Shown: positions 1-9,744 of the stretch, in pieces
Layout of the letters: every line of letters begins with the position of its first letter
How positions within the stretch are numbered: position 1 is the first letter of the stretch
NCBI GenBank assembly: GCA_002482775.1
Contig: DLGQ01000045.1
Span: 33,242-90,873, forward strand
DNA length: 57,632 bases
Direction of reading: 5' to 3'
From: Flavobacteriales bacterium UBA7690
GTDB taxonomy: Bacteria; Bacteroidota; Bacteroidia; Flavobacteriales_F; PHOS-HE28
Notes under the pieces: model-generated
The model's database searches: none
Told to the model about the DNA's origin: nothing
Seen by the model: only the letters and a program-made list of their open reading frames with translations
Translations under genes and position numbers: made by a program

Positions 1-1399
1 CGCTCACAGGAGCCTTGATCTTCACACCAGCGTCCATCAGGGCGAGTGTTCCGCTGCACACCGTTGCCATGGAAGAGCTACCGTTGCTCTCCAGGATATC
101 GCAGTTCAGGCGGATGGTGTACGGGTTCTCGGGCAGTCCGGGGATCACCGGCTTCAGCGCGCGGAGCGCCAGGTTGCCGTGGCCGATCTCGCGACGACCG
201 GGACCACGCATCGGGCGGGCCTCACCAGTGCTGAAGCTAGGGAAGTTGTAGTGCAGCATGAAGTTCTCGCTGCCCTTCTTGGTGGCGAGGTCCACGGTCT
301 GTTCATCCATGGAGCTACCCAACGTAACGGCGTTGATCGCTTGTGTTTCACCACGAGTGAACACCGCGCTGCCGTGCGTGCCGGGTAGCACATCCACTTC
401 GCCCCAGATCGGACGGATCTGATCGGTCTTGCGACCATCCAAGCGCTTGCCGTGATCCAGCACCACGTTACGCACACCCTTCTTCATGGCCTTCTTGAAG
501 TAGCGGGCCAACATCACGTTGTCCGTCTTCTCCTCATCGCTGAGAGTGGCCATGCACTCCTCTTTGATGGCCTTGAACTTGTCGGCGCGCACTTCCTTGG
601 CGCTGGCCTCCATGGCCACATCGTAGTACTTCTGGTAGCAGAAGTCCATGATCTTCTTCTCGAGGTCGGCGTTGGCGTTCTCGTGGCTGTAGGTGCGCTT
701 CACATGGCTCTTCGCCACGGCCTGCCCTAGCTCCGCGATCACACGGCACTGGTCCTTGATGGCTTCGTGCGCCAACTTGATCGCTTCGATCATGTCGGAC
801 TCCTGAACTTCCTTCATCTCGCCCTCCACCATCATGATGTCGCTGGCGGTACCGGCCACCACCATCTCGATATCGGCGCGTTCCATGTCGGCCACCATCG
901 GGTTGATGATGAACTTGCCATCCACGCGGGCCACGCGCACTTCGCTCACGGGGCCGTCGAAGGGGATATCGCTCACGGCGATGCAGGCGGATGCCGCGAG
1001 GCAGGCGAGGGAATCACCGGGGTTCTTCTTGTCGCTGCTCATCATGGAGATCACCACCTGGGTGTCGCCATGGAAATCATCGGGGAAGAGCGGACGGATG
1101 GCGCGATCCACCAAGCGGCAGGTCAGCGTTTCGTGGTCGCTCATGCGTGCTTCGCGCTTGAAGAAGCCACCTGGGAAACGTCCGGCAGCGCTGAATTTCT
1201 CGCGGTATTCCACGGTCAGTGGCAGGAAGTCGATGCCTTCGCGGGCCTCCTTGGTGCTCACCACGGTGGCGAGCAGGATGGTATCACCCAAGCGCACAGT
1301 AACGGCGCCATCGGCTTGTTTGGCCAGCACCCCGGTCTCGATGGTGATGGTTCGTCCATCACCCATTGTGATGGTCTTGGAAATTGCTTGTGGTTTCAT
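1..1399 (-). CDS. pnp: Polyribonucleotide nucleotidyltransferase (PNPase), 3' end outside window
   Basis: Manual minus-strand translation from ATG at 1399 gives MKPQAISKTITMGDGRTITIETGVLAKQADGAV...FLPLTVEYREK...RLVDRAIRPLF...RREIGHGNLA...ESNGSSSMA, which are PNPase RNase PH-domain motifs. It lies downstream of rpsO and is missing from the ORF track because it runs off the edge. Confidence 0.97.
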   Translation of the reverse strand, partial: MKPQAISKTITMGDGRTITIETGVLAKQADGAVTVRLGDTILLATVVSTKEAREGIDFLPLTVEYREKFSAAGRFPGGFFKREARMSDHETLTCRLVDRAIRPLFPDDFHGDTQVVISMMSSDKKNPGDSLACLAASACIAVSDIPFDGPVSEVRVARVDGKFIINPMVADMERADIEMVVAGTASDIMMVEGEMKEVQESDMIEAIKLAHEAIKDQCRVIAELGQAVAKSHVKRTYSHENANADLEKKIMDFCYQKYYDVAMEASAKEVRADKFKAIKEECMATLSDEEKTDNVMLARYFKKAMKKGVRNVVLDHGKRLDGRKTDQIRPIWGEVDVLPGTHGSAVFTRGETQAINAVTLGSSMDEQTVDLATKKGSENFMLHYNFPSFSTGEARPMRGPGRREIGHGNLALRALKPVIPGLPENPYTIRLNCDILESNGSSSMATVCSGTLALMDAGVKIKAPVS

Positions 1400-1495
1400 C
1401 TTCTTTTCTTCTTTTCCTCTTTACATCTTCCCGGTTCATCATCCCGGCCCGCGATCCGGGATCCCGCGTGCCATGTCGGCCAAGTGGCCTTTATG

Positions 1496-1527
1496 AAAAA
1501 GGGGTGACCGTTCTCACGATCACCCCC
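1496..1527 (-). terminator. Intrinsic terminator after rpsO
   Basis: Minus strand reads GGGGTGA-TCGTGAGAACGG-TCACCCC followed by TTTTT. Confidence 0.75.
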
Positions 1528-1574
1528 GTTCGTTCAAGTCGTTATCGCTGCCGCAGTCGTCGCGGTGCGCATGA

Positions 1575-1844
1575 TCACTTACGCAAGCCGAGCTTGGCGA
1601 GGATCGCGCGGTAGCGGTCGATGTTGTACATCTTCAGGTAGTTCAGCATCTGCTTGCGCTTGCCTACCATGGTCATCAGCGCCTTTTCGGTGCCGTGGTC
1701 CTTCTTGTTGGACTTCAGGTGGCCGGTAAGGTGGTTGATGCGCTCAGTGAAGAGTGCGATCTGGCTTTCGGCACCGCCCGTGTTCTTCTCGGAACCGCCG
1801 TGCTGCTTGAAAATGGCCTGTTTGGCCTCGTTGGTCAGGTACAT
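1575..1844 (-). CDS. rpsO: 30S ribosomal protein S15
   Basis: 89 aa; NTGGAESQIALFTERINHLTGHLKSNKKDH...LMTMVGKRKQMLNYL...LGLRK. Confidence 0.98.
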   Translation of the reverse strand: MYLTNEAKQAIFKQHGGSEKNTGGAESQIALFTERINHLTGHLKSNKKDHGTEKALMTMVGKRKQMLNYLKMYNIDRYRAILAKLGLRK

Positions 1845-1863
1845 GGTAAATGCGAACAGGGCG

Positions 1864-1871
1864 CGAAGATA
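1864..1871 (-). promoter_or_regulatory. Bacteroidota -7 promoter element (TATCTTCG) for rpsO
   Basis: Variant of TAnnTTTG, 19 nt before the rpsO start. Confidence 0.5.
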
Positions 1872-1994
1872 AAGATTTCCCCGATCGGGTGGAGAGGTCG
1901 GTTATCAGTTCGTGGCCGGGAGGGACTGCGTGGGCATCCCGGACCTTCAGCAGCCTGCCAACGGACCACTACGAACGGGCAACTGATCACAATC

Positions 1995-2840
1995 TTAACT
2001 CCTGAGCATCAGGAAAGTACGTCCCAAGAAGTTCTTCAATTCCTTCCGATGGACGATCTTGTCCAAGAAGCCGTGTTCCAGCACGAATTCGCTGGTCTGG
2101 AAGCCTTCGGGCAGGTCGCGGCCGATGGTCTCGCGCACCACGCGTGGGCCTGCGAAAGCAACGAGGGCTTTGGGTTCGGCGATATTCAGGTCGCCAAGCA
2201 TGGCGAAACTGGCGGTAACGCCACCGGTAGTGGGGTCGGTGACCACGCTGATGTAGGGCAGTTTCTTTTTGGCGAGCAGGCTGAGCTTGGCACTGGTCTT
2301 GGCCATTTGCATCAGGCTGAAGCCAGCCTCCATCATGCGCGCACCACCACTTTTGCTGATGATGACCAGCGGGCACTTGCGTTTCATGGCTTGGTCTGCG
2401 GCCATGGCGATCTTCTCGCCCATCACACTGCCCATGCTGCCACCGATGAAGCGGAAATCCATGCATGCGATCACCACATGGCTCTTGTCCAGTTTGCCTT
2501 CTGCCACGCGCATGGCATCGTTCAGGCCGGTGTCCTTCCGCGTTTTGGTCAGGCGGTCGGTGTACTTCTTGGTATCCTCGAAGTTCAAGGGGTCGCCGGC
2601 GATCAGGTCTGCGGCGATCTCGGTGAACTTGTGATCATCGAACAGGATGGCGAAGTACTCTTCACTGCCGATCTTCTCGTGGTGATCGCACTTCACGCAC
2701 ACCCAGAGGTTGTTCTCATGATCCTCGGAGGTCATGATCTCGTCGCACTCGGGGCACTTGTACCAAAGGCCTTCGGGTGTTTCCTTCTTCTCCTCCGTAC
2801 TGGTGGTGATGCCTTCTTTGACGCGTGTGAACCAGCCCAT
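1995..2840 (-). CDS. accD: Acetyl-CoA carboxylase carboxyltransferase beta subunit
   Basis: Zn finger WYKCPEC...[40 protein letters not shown]; start placed at MGWFTR (2840). Confidence 0.96.
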   Translation of the reverse strand: MGWFTRVKEGITTSTEEKKETPEGLWYKCPECDEIMTSEDHENNLWVCVKCDHHEKIGSEEYFAILFDDHKFTEIAADLIAGDPLNFEDTKKYTDRLTKTRKDTGLNDAMRVAEGKLDKSHVVIACMDFRFIGGSMGSVMGEKIAMAADQAMKRKCPLVIISKSGGARMMEAGFSLMQMAKTSAKLSLLAKKKLPYISVVTDPTTGGVTASFAMLGDLNIAEPKALVAFAGPRVVRETIGRDLPEGFQTSEFVLEHGFLDKIVHRKELKNFLGRTFLMLRS

Positions 2841-2946
2841 GGATGATCGTTCTGTAAGACGAAGGTGGTGAATTGCAGTGTCAAGTTCACAAGCGGCGAT
2901 CGGCGAGTGGGCTTGCCGCTCGCCGCTTACCACGAATGAATTTCAA

Positions 2947-4017
2947 TCAGGCTACTGTGATGCCCTTATCCAGGTAAACGTCCTGGATCGCGTTGAGCAA
3001 AGCGATACCCTCGTTCACCGGGCGCTGGAAAGCTTTGCGACCGCTGATCAACCCTTGGCCACCGGCGCGTTTGTTGATCACCGCTGTACGCACGGCTTCG
3101 GCCATGTCGCTGGCACCGCTGCTGGCACCACCGCTGTTGATCAGGCCGATGCGGCCCATGTAGCAGTTGGCCACTTGCCAGCGGCACAGATCGATCGGGT
3201 GGTCGGTGGTGAGTTCGCTGTAGACCTTCGGATGTGTTTTGCCGTAGCCTTTCAGCGCGTTGTAGCCACCGTTGGTCTCCGGCAATTTCTGCTTGATGAT
3301 GTCTGCCTGGATGGTAACGCCGAGGTGGTTGGCTTGGCCCGTGAGGTCGGTGGAGGTGTGGTAGTCCTTGCCGTCCACTTTGAAACCGTTGTTGCGGATG
3401 TAGCACCACAGGATGGTGGCCATGCCCAGCTCGTGCGCATGTTGGAACGCATCGGCGATCTCGGTGATCTGGCGGGTGCTTTCTTCACTACCGAAATAGA
3501 TGGTCGCACCCACGGCAACGGCGCCCATATCCCATGCATCCTTCACGTTGCCGAAGAGCACCTGATCGAACTTGTTCGGCAGGGTCATCAGTTCGTTGTG
3601 GTTGATCTTAACGATGAACGGGATCTTGTGTGCGTACTTCCGCGCCACGCTTCCCAGAACGCCGTACGTGCTGGCCACCGCGTTGCAGCCGCCTTCCAGC
3701 GCGAGTTTCACGATGTTCTCACCGTCGAAGTAGATCGGGTTGGGGGCGAAGCTGGCTGCACCGCTGTGCTCGATCCCTTGATCAACCGGCAAGATGCTCA
3801 TGTAGCCCGTGTTCGCCAAACGACCATTGCCGTATAGCGCTTGGATGCTGCGCATCACTTGCGGGGTACGGTTGCTGTGCGCGAAGCTGCGGTCCACGAA
3901 ATCCGGTCCGGGCAGGTGTATCATCGACTTGTCGATGGTCTTGCACTGGTGATCGAGCAGGCTGGCTGCATCGTTGCCGAGGAGTTCGTCGAGCTTGCCG
4001 GTCTTCAAGGTCTGCAT
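2947..4017 (-). CDS. fbaB: Class I fructose-bisphosphate aldolase (DhnA/FbaB type)
   Basis: [47 protein letters not shown]. Confidence 0.96.
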   Translation of the reverse strand: MQTLKTGKLDELLGNDAASLLDHQCKTIDKSMIHLPGPDFVDRSFAHSNRTPQVMRSIQALYGNGRLANTGYMSILPVDQGIEHSGAASFAPNPIYFDGENIVKLALEGGCNAVASTYGVLGSVARKYAHKIPFIVKINHNELMTLPNKFDQVLFGNVKDAWDMGAVAVGATIYFGSEESTRQITEIADAFQHAHELGMATILWCYIRNNGFKVDGKDYHTSTDLTGQANHLGVTIQADIIKQKLPETNGGYNALKGYGKTHPKVYSELTTDHPIDLCRWQVANCYMGRIGLINSGGASSGASDMAEAVRTAVINKRAGGQGLISGRKAFQRPVNEGIALLNAIQDVYLDKGITVA

Positions 4018-4040
4018 GGGTGTTTCGCGTTAAGCGGCGG

Positions 4041-4048
4041 CAAAGGTA
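4041..4048 (-). promoter_or_regulatory. Bacteroidota -7 promoter element (TACCTTTG) for fbaB-accD
   Basis: Perfect TAnnTTTG; TTG at 4070-4072 gives a plausible -33 element with a 21-nt spacer. Confidence 0.7.
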
Positions 4049-4115
4049 AGTATGGGTATGGCGCGAGGGCAACCAAGGCGGCTCAAAGGAGCAAGGTCAC
4101 GGTCCTACGCCTGCC

Positions 4116-6641
4116 CTAGAACGGATAGCCGATCCCCAGGTTGAAGTTGAATTGGGTACGGTAATTCACCAGCACGCCCAACGCGGCCTGCTCGGCTTCA
4201 TACCGTTCCTTGGGCTGAAAGAGCCAGCGTTCACCAACAGGTAGGGAGGGGTCTTTCGTCTGCATGCCCAGATCGAATCGCACGATGAAGAACTCGAAGT
4301 TCAAGCGCGCACCAACCCCGGTGCCTACGGCGAGTTCGCTCAGGAAATCCTGTACCTCGAATTCCGCGCCCGGCCTGCGTGGATCCTTGCGTCGGTTCCA
4401 GATGTTGCCCACATCGGTGAAGAGCGCACCTTCGAGGTAGCCGATCAGTTTGAAGCGGTATTCGAAGTTCGCTTCGATGCGGATCTCGCCGATGCGGTCA
4501 TAAGCGAGCAGCGGTGCCGTGTATGAACCGGGGCCCAAGGACCGGGCACGCCAGGCGCGCATGCCGTTGGCACCACCACCGAAGAAGCTCGATTCGAACG
4601 GCAATACTTCCAGGTTCTTCAGCGGTATGCCGATCCCCGCGGCGACCCGGAAAGCCAAACTGCTACGGTCGTGGATCATCCGGTTTATCCGGAAGTCATG
4701 GTCCATTTTCACATATTCCGAGTAGCGTACACCGAAGAGGGTGCGGTAGTCGCGTCCGGTGAGGGTATCCACCAGCTGCACGGCGTTCTTCTGGAAGATG
4801 TCCTGCACGCCGCGCACCACGGTACCTGCGAGTTCACCGGTGCTGCGCAGGTAGTACACGTTGCGTCTGAACTTCGTCCCTTGCGTGTTCCACGTGAATG
4901 TGGCGCGTGGGATGTTCACGATCAAGTGGCTTGTATAGCTGTTGGTGAAGACCGGGTCGTTGGTGCGGATCAAGAAGTCTTCGAACTCCGGGCTCTTGGA
5001 AGGGATCTTGATCACGTTGAGGTCCGCCACATAGAACCCCCACGTTTTGGTCGCGGTCTCGTTCCATTCGAACCCGACGCCACCCTTCACCAAGGTGCGC
5101 GTGAAATCCGGCCTGCGCTGGTAATTGAATAGTGTATTGACCAGCAGCCGCGATCCACTGGATTTGCTGAAGAGTCCCGTGAACGGCCGAGGGAACCCCA
5201 TGGTGATCTCCGGGCCGATGCTGATGGTATTGAAGAAGGTGTTCTTGTTCAGCACTTGGTCCACCTGGCCGTCATTGCCGTTCCGGGTGAAGCTTTGCTG
5301 TGCTTCCAGACCGACGTTCATCTGGGCTTGGATGAACCCGAGGGACTTGAACACGTTGCGGTGCCTGTAACCAACGCTCAACGTGGTGCCGAAGAAGCCA
5401 CCCCTGTTGGTGGCATAGACCTCGGAGGTCATGGTCTGTGGCTTTCCGGGCAACAATCCGATCCGCGCGTTGGCCACCCCGAGCTTCCCCACACCGCTGG
5501 TGTCGTAGCTCACCTCCACGCGGTCGAACACGCGCAGGCCGGAGAGGCGGCGGTAGGTCTTGTCGCCCTGGCTTTGCTGGAAACGGCTGTCCGGTTGCAG
5601 GAAAATGGAACCCACCAAGGCCCGCGGGTGGTACATCAGGGGGCCCCGGTGTATGATGCTGTAACCGGCATGCTCGGTGGTATCCATCTCACCCAGCGAC
5701 ACAGGCCCACCGGAAACGATGGTGACTTCACCGATGGTGTAGATGGTGCCTTCTGCCGTGCCCTTCAATCCGCGCCCGCTCTTGGCGTAGGGGCGTTCCA
5801 TCCGTAGCACGAGATCCACTTGGTGGCCACCCACTGCGGTGTCTGCCTTGTACTGGATCAGGTCGCGGACGAAGAAGAGGTAGCCCACCTCCTTCAGCTG
5901 TTCGGTGATGCGTGTCCGTTCGGCATCGAGCACATCGGCATCGTACCGGTCGCCGGACTTCAACAGGCTTTGGTTCCAGCCCGAACGCACATGGTAATGG
6001 ATCGTGGAATCGTCCACCGTGAAGGTGATGTTGCGCAAGCGGTAGGTAGGGCCGGGCGTAACACGGTATTCCACCTCCACCTTGGGTTGGCGGTATGGCC
6101 TGCCACGCTTGTTGCCGAAGATCCGGCGGTGGGCATGGTAGGTGGTATCCGATGCCGTTGCTTGGAACCAGCCCTCCTTGTGCATGTACATCCGGATCTG
6201 GTCCGTGGACCTGCGCGTAAGGCTGGTGTCCAACACCACGGGCGGCTCACCGGTGCGTTCGCGTGTGCTGCGGTCGCAAGTGCGCTCCCGTTTTCCTTCC
6301 TTCACCCGCTCCACGTTGCGCTGCACACAAAGGCTGTCTTTGCGCACGCGTTCCCGGTGAAGCCTCTGTTGGTCGCTCAGGTTGTAGATGCCGAGGTAGA
6401 TGGGGACTCCCAGGATGCGTTTGTTGGGCTTCTGCTTGATGATGGAGGCCACATCGGCGGGGTCAGCGCTCGCTTCGGAGAACACCACGCGGTTCCGTTT
6501 CAGCAGGTATTGCCCGTCTGCAACACGCCTGGTGGGGTCGCAGCCGCACAGCAGCAGCACCAGCAGTGTGGAGAGGATATGGTGTTGGCGAAGCCGCAAG
6601 CAGAACGGATGACTGCCTATTTTGCGGGCGTGCCGCCGCAT
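4116..6641 (-). CDS. tamL: Omp85/BamA-TamA family outer membrane protein (TamL-like lipoprotein)
   Basis: Lipobox-like LLLCGC, IKQKPNKRILG, POTRA-like region, FFGGGANGMRAW, FTDVGNIW, terminal NLGIGYPF; start chosen downstream of the TATATTTG box. Confidence 0.85.
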   Translation of the reverse strand: MRRHARKIGSHPFCLRLRQHHILSTLLVLLLCGCDPTRRVADGQYLLKRNRVVFSEASADPADVASIIKQKPNKRILGVPIYLGIYNLSDQQRLHRERVRKDSLCVQRNVERVKEGKRERTCDRSTRERTGEPPVVLDTSLTRRSTDQIRMYMHKEGWFQATASDTTYHAHRRIFGNKRGRPYRQPKVEVEYRVTPGPTYRLRNITFTVDDSTIHYHVRSGWNQSLLKSGDRYDADVLDAERTRITEQLKEVGYLFFVRDLIQYKADTAVGGHQVDLVLRMERPYAKSGRGLKGTAEGTIYTIGEVTIVSGGPVSLGEMDTTEHAGYSIIHRGPLMYHPRALVGSIFLQPDSRFQQSQGDKTYRRLSGLRVFDRVEVSYDTSGVGKLGVANARIGLLPGKPQTMTSEVYATNRGGFFGTTLSVGYRHRNVFKSLGFIQAQMNVGLEAQQSFTRNGNDGQVDQVLNKNTFFNTISIGPEITMGFPRPFTGLFSKSSGSRLLVNTLFNYQRRPDFTRTLVKGGVGFEWNETATKTWGFYVADLNVIKIPSKSPEFEDFLIRTNDPVFTNSYTSHLIVNIPRATFTWNTQGTKFRRNVYYLRSTGELAGTVVRGVQDIFQKNAVQLVDTLTGRDYRTLFGVRYSEYVKMDHDFRINRMIHDRSSLAFRVAAGIGIPLKNLEVLPFESSFFGGGANGMRAWRARSLGPGSYTAPLLAYDRIGEIRIEANFEYRFKLIGYLEGALFTDVGNIWNRRKDPRRPGAEFEVQDFLSELAVGTGVGARLNFEFFIVRFDLGMQTKDPSLPVGERWLFQPKERYEAEQAALGVLVNYRTQFNFNLGIGYPF

Positions 6642-6650
6642 CGGCAGCGC

Positions 6651-6664
6651 CAAATATACCCTCG
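6651..6664. promoter_or_regulatory. Overlapping divergent -7 promoter elements for tamL (minus, TATATTTG, 6651-6658) and the TrmH gene (plus, TACCCTCG, 6657-6664)
   Basis: Both motifs lie in the 27-bp gap between the divergent starts; the plus-strand box is a weaker match. Confidence 0.5.
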
Positions 6665-6668
6665 GCCT

Positions 6669-7412
6669 GTGAGCACCAAAGCCTTGTTGAAGCATGCCCG
6701 GTCGTTACAGCAAAAGAAGTTCCGGGATGAGAGCGGGGAGTTCCTTGTTCAAGGGCCCAAGGTGGTAGGGGAGTTGCTGGCGAGCGGCTGGCCGGTCACC
6801 GCCTTGCTGGCGTCTGCGGCCGTGGCAGCGCGAGCACAGTTCGCCAAAGCCGATGTGGTGCCGGAACATGAGCTTGAGCGGATCGGTACCTTGGAGAGCG
6901 GGAACGAGCTGATCGCCATCGCGCGCAAACCGGAATTGCCGGGGATCACGGACCTCGAGCAGGATGAGCTCTTGCTGGCACTGGACGGCATCACCGATCC
7001 GGGGAACCTGGGTACCGTACTACGCATCGCGGATTGGTTCGGTATCCGGCGTGTCTGGTGCAGCGCAGGAAGTGTGGATCCGTACAACCCCAAATGCGTG
7101 CAAGCCAGCATGGGCGCGATCTTCCGTGTTGAAGTGCAGCACCTTGAACTTTCGGCGATCCTTGCCCGGCAGCAAAAGGCGGGTGCTGTCATCTACATGG
7201 CCAGCATGGAAGGCGGGTCGGTATTCGCGGAGCACCTCGCGCCAAAGGCGGTCCTGGTCATGGGCAGCGAATCCCACGGTATCTCACCGGAGGTGCGGAA
7301 GCTGAAAGGAACCTTGATCAGTATTCCCGGCAAAGGCGGGTCAGAATCGCTCAACGTGGCGATGGCCACTTCGGCCCTGTGCATGGAGTTCGCTCGTCAG
7401 CGGAATTTGTAG
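6669..7412 (+). CDS. TrmH/SpoU family RNA 2'-O-methyltransferase
   Basis: GTG start VSTKALLKHARSLQQKKFR; DGITDPGNLGTVLRIADWFG, VMGSESHGIS, ESLNVAMA SPOUT motifs. Confidence 0.92.
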   Translation: MSTKALLKHARSLQQKKFRDESGEFLVQGPKVVGELLASGWPVTALLASAAVAARAQFAKADVVPEHELERIGTLESGNELIAIARKPELPGITDLEQDELLLALDGITDPGNLGTVLRIADWFGIRRVWCSAGSVDPYNPKCVQASMGAIFRVEVQHLELSAILARQQKAGAVIYMASMEGGSVFAEHLAPKAVLVMGSESHGISPEVRKLKGTLISIPGKGGSESLNVAMATSALCMEFARQRNL

Positions 7413-8959
7413 CTCACGGCGATCATGTCCGCCACGCGCTGTCCGTCCATGGCCGCGCTAACGATGCCGCCGGCGTACCCGGCACCTTCGCCGCAGGGGT
7501 AAAGGCCGCCCACCTCCACATGCTCCAACGTCTCACGATCGCGTGGGATGCGCACCGGTGAGCTCGTACGCGATTCCACAGCCACCACGACGGCTTCGTT
7601 GGTCCTGTACCCACGGATCTTCTTGCCGAAAGCGGCCATGCCTTCGCGCAGACGCAAGCCTACTTCGGGTGGCAGTAATTCATCCACACGGAACGGAACG
7701 ATCCCCGGCGGATAACTGCATTCCGGTAGGTCCAACGAGTTACGCCCTTGGATGAAGTCTTCCATCCGTTGAGCAGGCGCTGTCTGCCGCTGGCCACCTG
7801 CTTTCCACGCCGCATGTTCGATGCCACGCTGGTAGTGCATGCTTGCCAGTTCAGGATCTTCTCCCGTGGTGTGGTGCGCCAGTTCCTTCGCGGAAAGTCC
7901 CACCACCATGCCGGAGTTGGCGAACGGGTTGTTGCGTTTGCTGGGGCTCCAGCCGTTGGTCACGATCTCGTCGTTCGCGGTGGCACAAGGCGCGATGATG
8001 CCGCCCGGGCACATGCAGAACGAATACACACCGAGGCCGTTCACCTGTTGCACCACGCTGTAACTCGCCGGTGGTAGGTATGGGTCGCGCACATCGCAGT
8101 GGTACATCGCTGCATCGATGATGGCCTGCGGATGTTCGATACGGACGCCCAGCGCGAAGTCCTTGCGTTCAATACGGATGCCTTTCGCGTGCAGCAGTTG
8201 GAAAATGTCGCGCGCCGAATGGCCCGTAGCGAGCACAACGGCATCAGCTTCGAACACGCGATCATCCGAGGTGCGTACACCACGCATGCGACCACCTTCA
8301 ACCAACAGATCGGTAACTCGACTATTGAAATGCACTTCTCCACCGGCAGCGATGATCGCTTCGCGCATGGCCGTGATGATGTGCGGCAGCTTATTGGTCC
8401 CGATGTGCGGATGTGCATCCACAAGGATGTCCTCGGAGGCACCGAAGGCCACCAGCGTACGTAGGACGGCTTCCACATCGCCACGTTTGTGGCTGCGCGT
8501 GTAGAGCTTGCCATCGCTGTACGTACCTGCGCCGCCTTCGCCGAAACAGTAATTGCTGTCGGCATCCACGATATGCTGCTTGTTGATGGCGGCCAGATCG
8601 CGGCGGCGTGCCCGCACATCTTTCCCACGTTCCAAGAGGACGGGTCTAATCCCATGTTCGATGCAACGAAGCGCATTGAAGAGCCCGGCCGGTCCGCAAC
8701 CCACGATGATCACCGGTCGGTTACCATGAACAGCAGGGAGCGGTTCTGCTGGAGGTGCCTCGCTGATCGCTTCATCCATCACTTGCACCCGCATGCGGAT
8801 GAGGGGATGTTTACTGCGTGCATCAATGGAACGCTTCAGCACCTTGGATGTGTGCACGGTTCCCAAGGGCATGGCGGCAGCTTCGGCAGCAGCTTCCCGC
8901 ACGAGCACCGGATCAACGGCGTCGCGTGGGGATAACGCGATGTCCACCACCCGTTCCAT
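7397..8959 (-). CDS. NAD(P)/FAD-dependent oxidoreductase (uncharacterised dehydrogenase family)
   Basis: VGCGPAG, FGEGGAGTYSDGKL, PHIGTNKL, SFCMCPGG, ESRTSSPVRI, GEGAGYAGGIVSAA. Confidence 0.9.
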   Translation of the reverse strand: MERVVDIALSPRDAVDPVLVREAAAEAAAMPLGTVHTSKVLKRSIDARSKHPLIRMRVQVMDEAISEAPPAEPLPAVHGNRPVIIVGCGPAGLFNALRCIEHGIRPVLLERGKDVRARRRDLAAINKQHIVDADSNYCFGEGGAGTYSDGKLYTRSHKRGDVEAVLRTLVAFGASEDILVDAHPHIGTNKLPHIITAMREAIIAAGGEVHFNSRVTDLLVEGGRMRGVRTSDDRVFEADAVVLATGHSARDIFQLLHAKGIRIERKDFALGVRIEHPQAIIDAAMYHCDVRDPYLPPASYSVVQQVNGLGVYSFCMCPGGIIAPCATANDEIVTNGWSPSKRNNPFANSGMVVGLSAKELAHHTTGEDPELASMHYQRGIEHAAWKAGGQRQTAPAQRMEDFIQGRNSLDLPECSYPPGIVPFRVDELLPPEVGLRLREGMAAFGKKIRGYRTNEAVVVAVESRTSSPVRIPRDRETLEHVEVGGLYPCGEGAGYAGGIVSAAMDGQRVADMIAVSYKFR

Positions 8960-8962
8960 CGG

Positions 8963-9691
8963 CTAACCTTCGAAGGTGAAGGTGAGCACCCAGGTCTTCG
9001 AGCGTAGGCTCTCTATGGGGACACTGAAACGTGTTCCGTCATCGACCAGCAAGTTGGGTATGCCGAACGAGGCTTTCAATTCCATGCCGAACTTGAAATA
9101 GGTGAGGAACATGTCCATGCCACCGCCGATCTCAGCTGCATAGTCGTTGCGCGCCAACTTCACCACCACCTCATCATCCAGCGAATTGTTCACGTCCTTC
9201 TGGCTGGCCATGTCGATGCAGTACTTGCCGCCACCGATCAGGTACACTGCGAAATTGTTGATGCGTGCGCTTCGGTATTTCACCAGCAGCGGGAATTCGA
9301 GGTAGGTGCTTTCTACCGGTTTCAGGAAGAACTTGGAGCTTCCGTCCGGCTCCCGGAATTCGTATTGAAGGATGCGTTCTTGGAAGGACAAGGTGGGCAG
9401 GAACCGGAAGCTCACGTACGGGTTCACGTTCAGCGATGCCACGATGCCGAGGTTGAAGCCCGGTTGTTTCTGGTGTTGAAGCACGAGCAACGAATCGCGG
9501 AACGGCGACTGCGGATCCAGCTTCATTTGGAAATCGCTGGTGTTGTAGCTCAGGAGGAAGCCGAAGTGGAGCCGATGCAGATCGAAGTTGGGCAGGTTCT
9601 CCACCTTGATGCCTTTCTGGGCACTGGCCACCTGTGCGGTGGATCCGACGAAGCATAAGGCGATGAGGTGGGAGAGCAGACGGGCACGCAT
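8963..9691 (-). CDS. porT: Type IX secretion outer-membrane beta-barrel PorT/SprT
   Basis: Signal peptide; NLPNFDLHRLHFGFLL, PGFNLG, RFLPTLSF, VESTYLEFPLLVKYRSARINN, terminal FTFEG; downstream of ubiE as in other Bacteroidota. Confidence 0.88.
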   Translation of the reverse strand: MRARLLSHLIALCFVGSTAQVASAQKGIKVENLPNFDLHRLHFGFLLSYNTSDFQMKLDPQSPFRDSLLVLQHQKQPGFNLGIVASLNVNPYVSFRFLPTLSFQERILQYEFREPDGSSKFFLKPVESTYLEFPLLVKYRSARINNFAVYLIGGGKYCIDMASQKDVNNSLDDEVVVKLARNDYAAEIGGGMDMFLTYFKFGMELKASFGIPNLLVDDGTRFSVPIESLRSKTWVLTFTFEG

Positions 9692-9703
9692 CGATGGTGG
9701 GAA

Positions 9704-9711
9704 CGAAAGTA
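9704..9711 (-). promoter_or_regulatory. Internal -7 promoter element (TACTTTCG) for porT
   Basis: TAnnTTCG variant 12 nt before the porT ATG. Confidence 0.5.
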
Positions 9712-9744
9712 ACGACGGATCGTTGTGTGCCTTGGCCGCAAGCC

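Noticed and set aside
1845-1994. Possible S15 autoregulatory leader RNA
   Set aside because: A candidate -7 box sits only 19 nt upstream of the start, leaving no room for a structured leader.
5820-6668. Apparent 283-aa N-terminal extension on the TrmH ORF (530 aa in the track)
   Set aside because: It is antisense to tamL; the SPOUT-family sequence and a promoter box point to GTG 6669.
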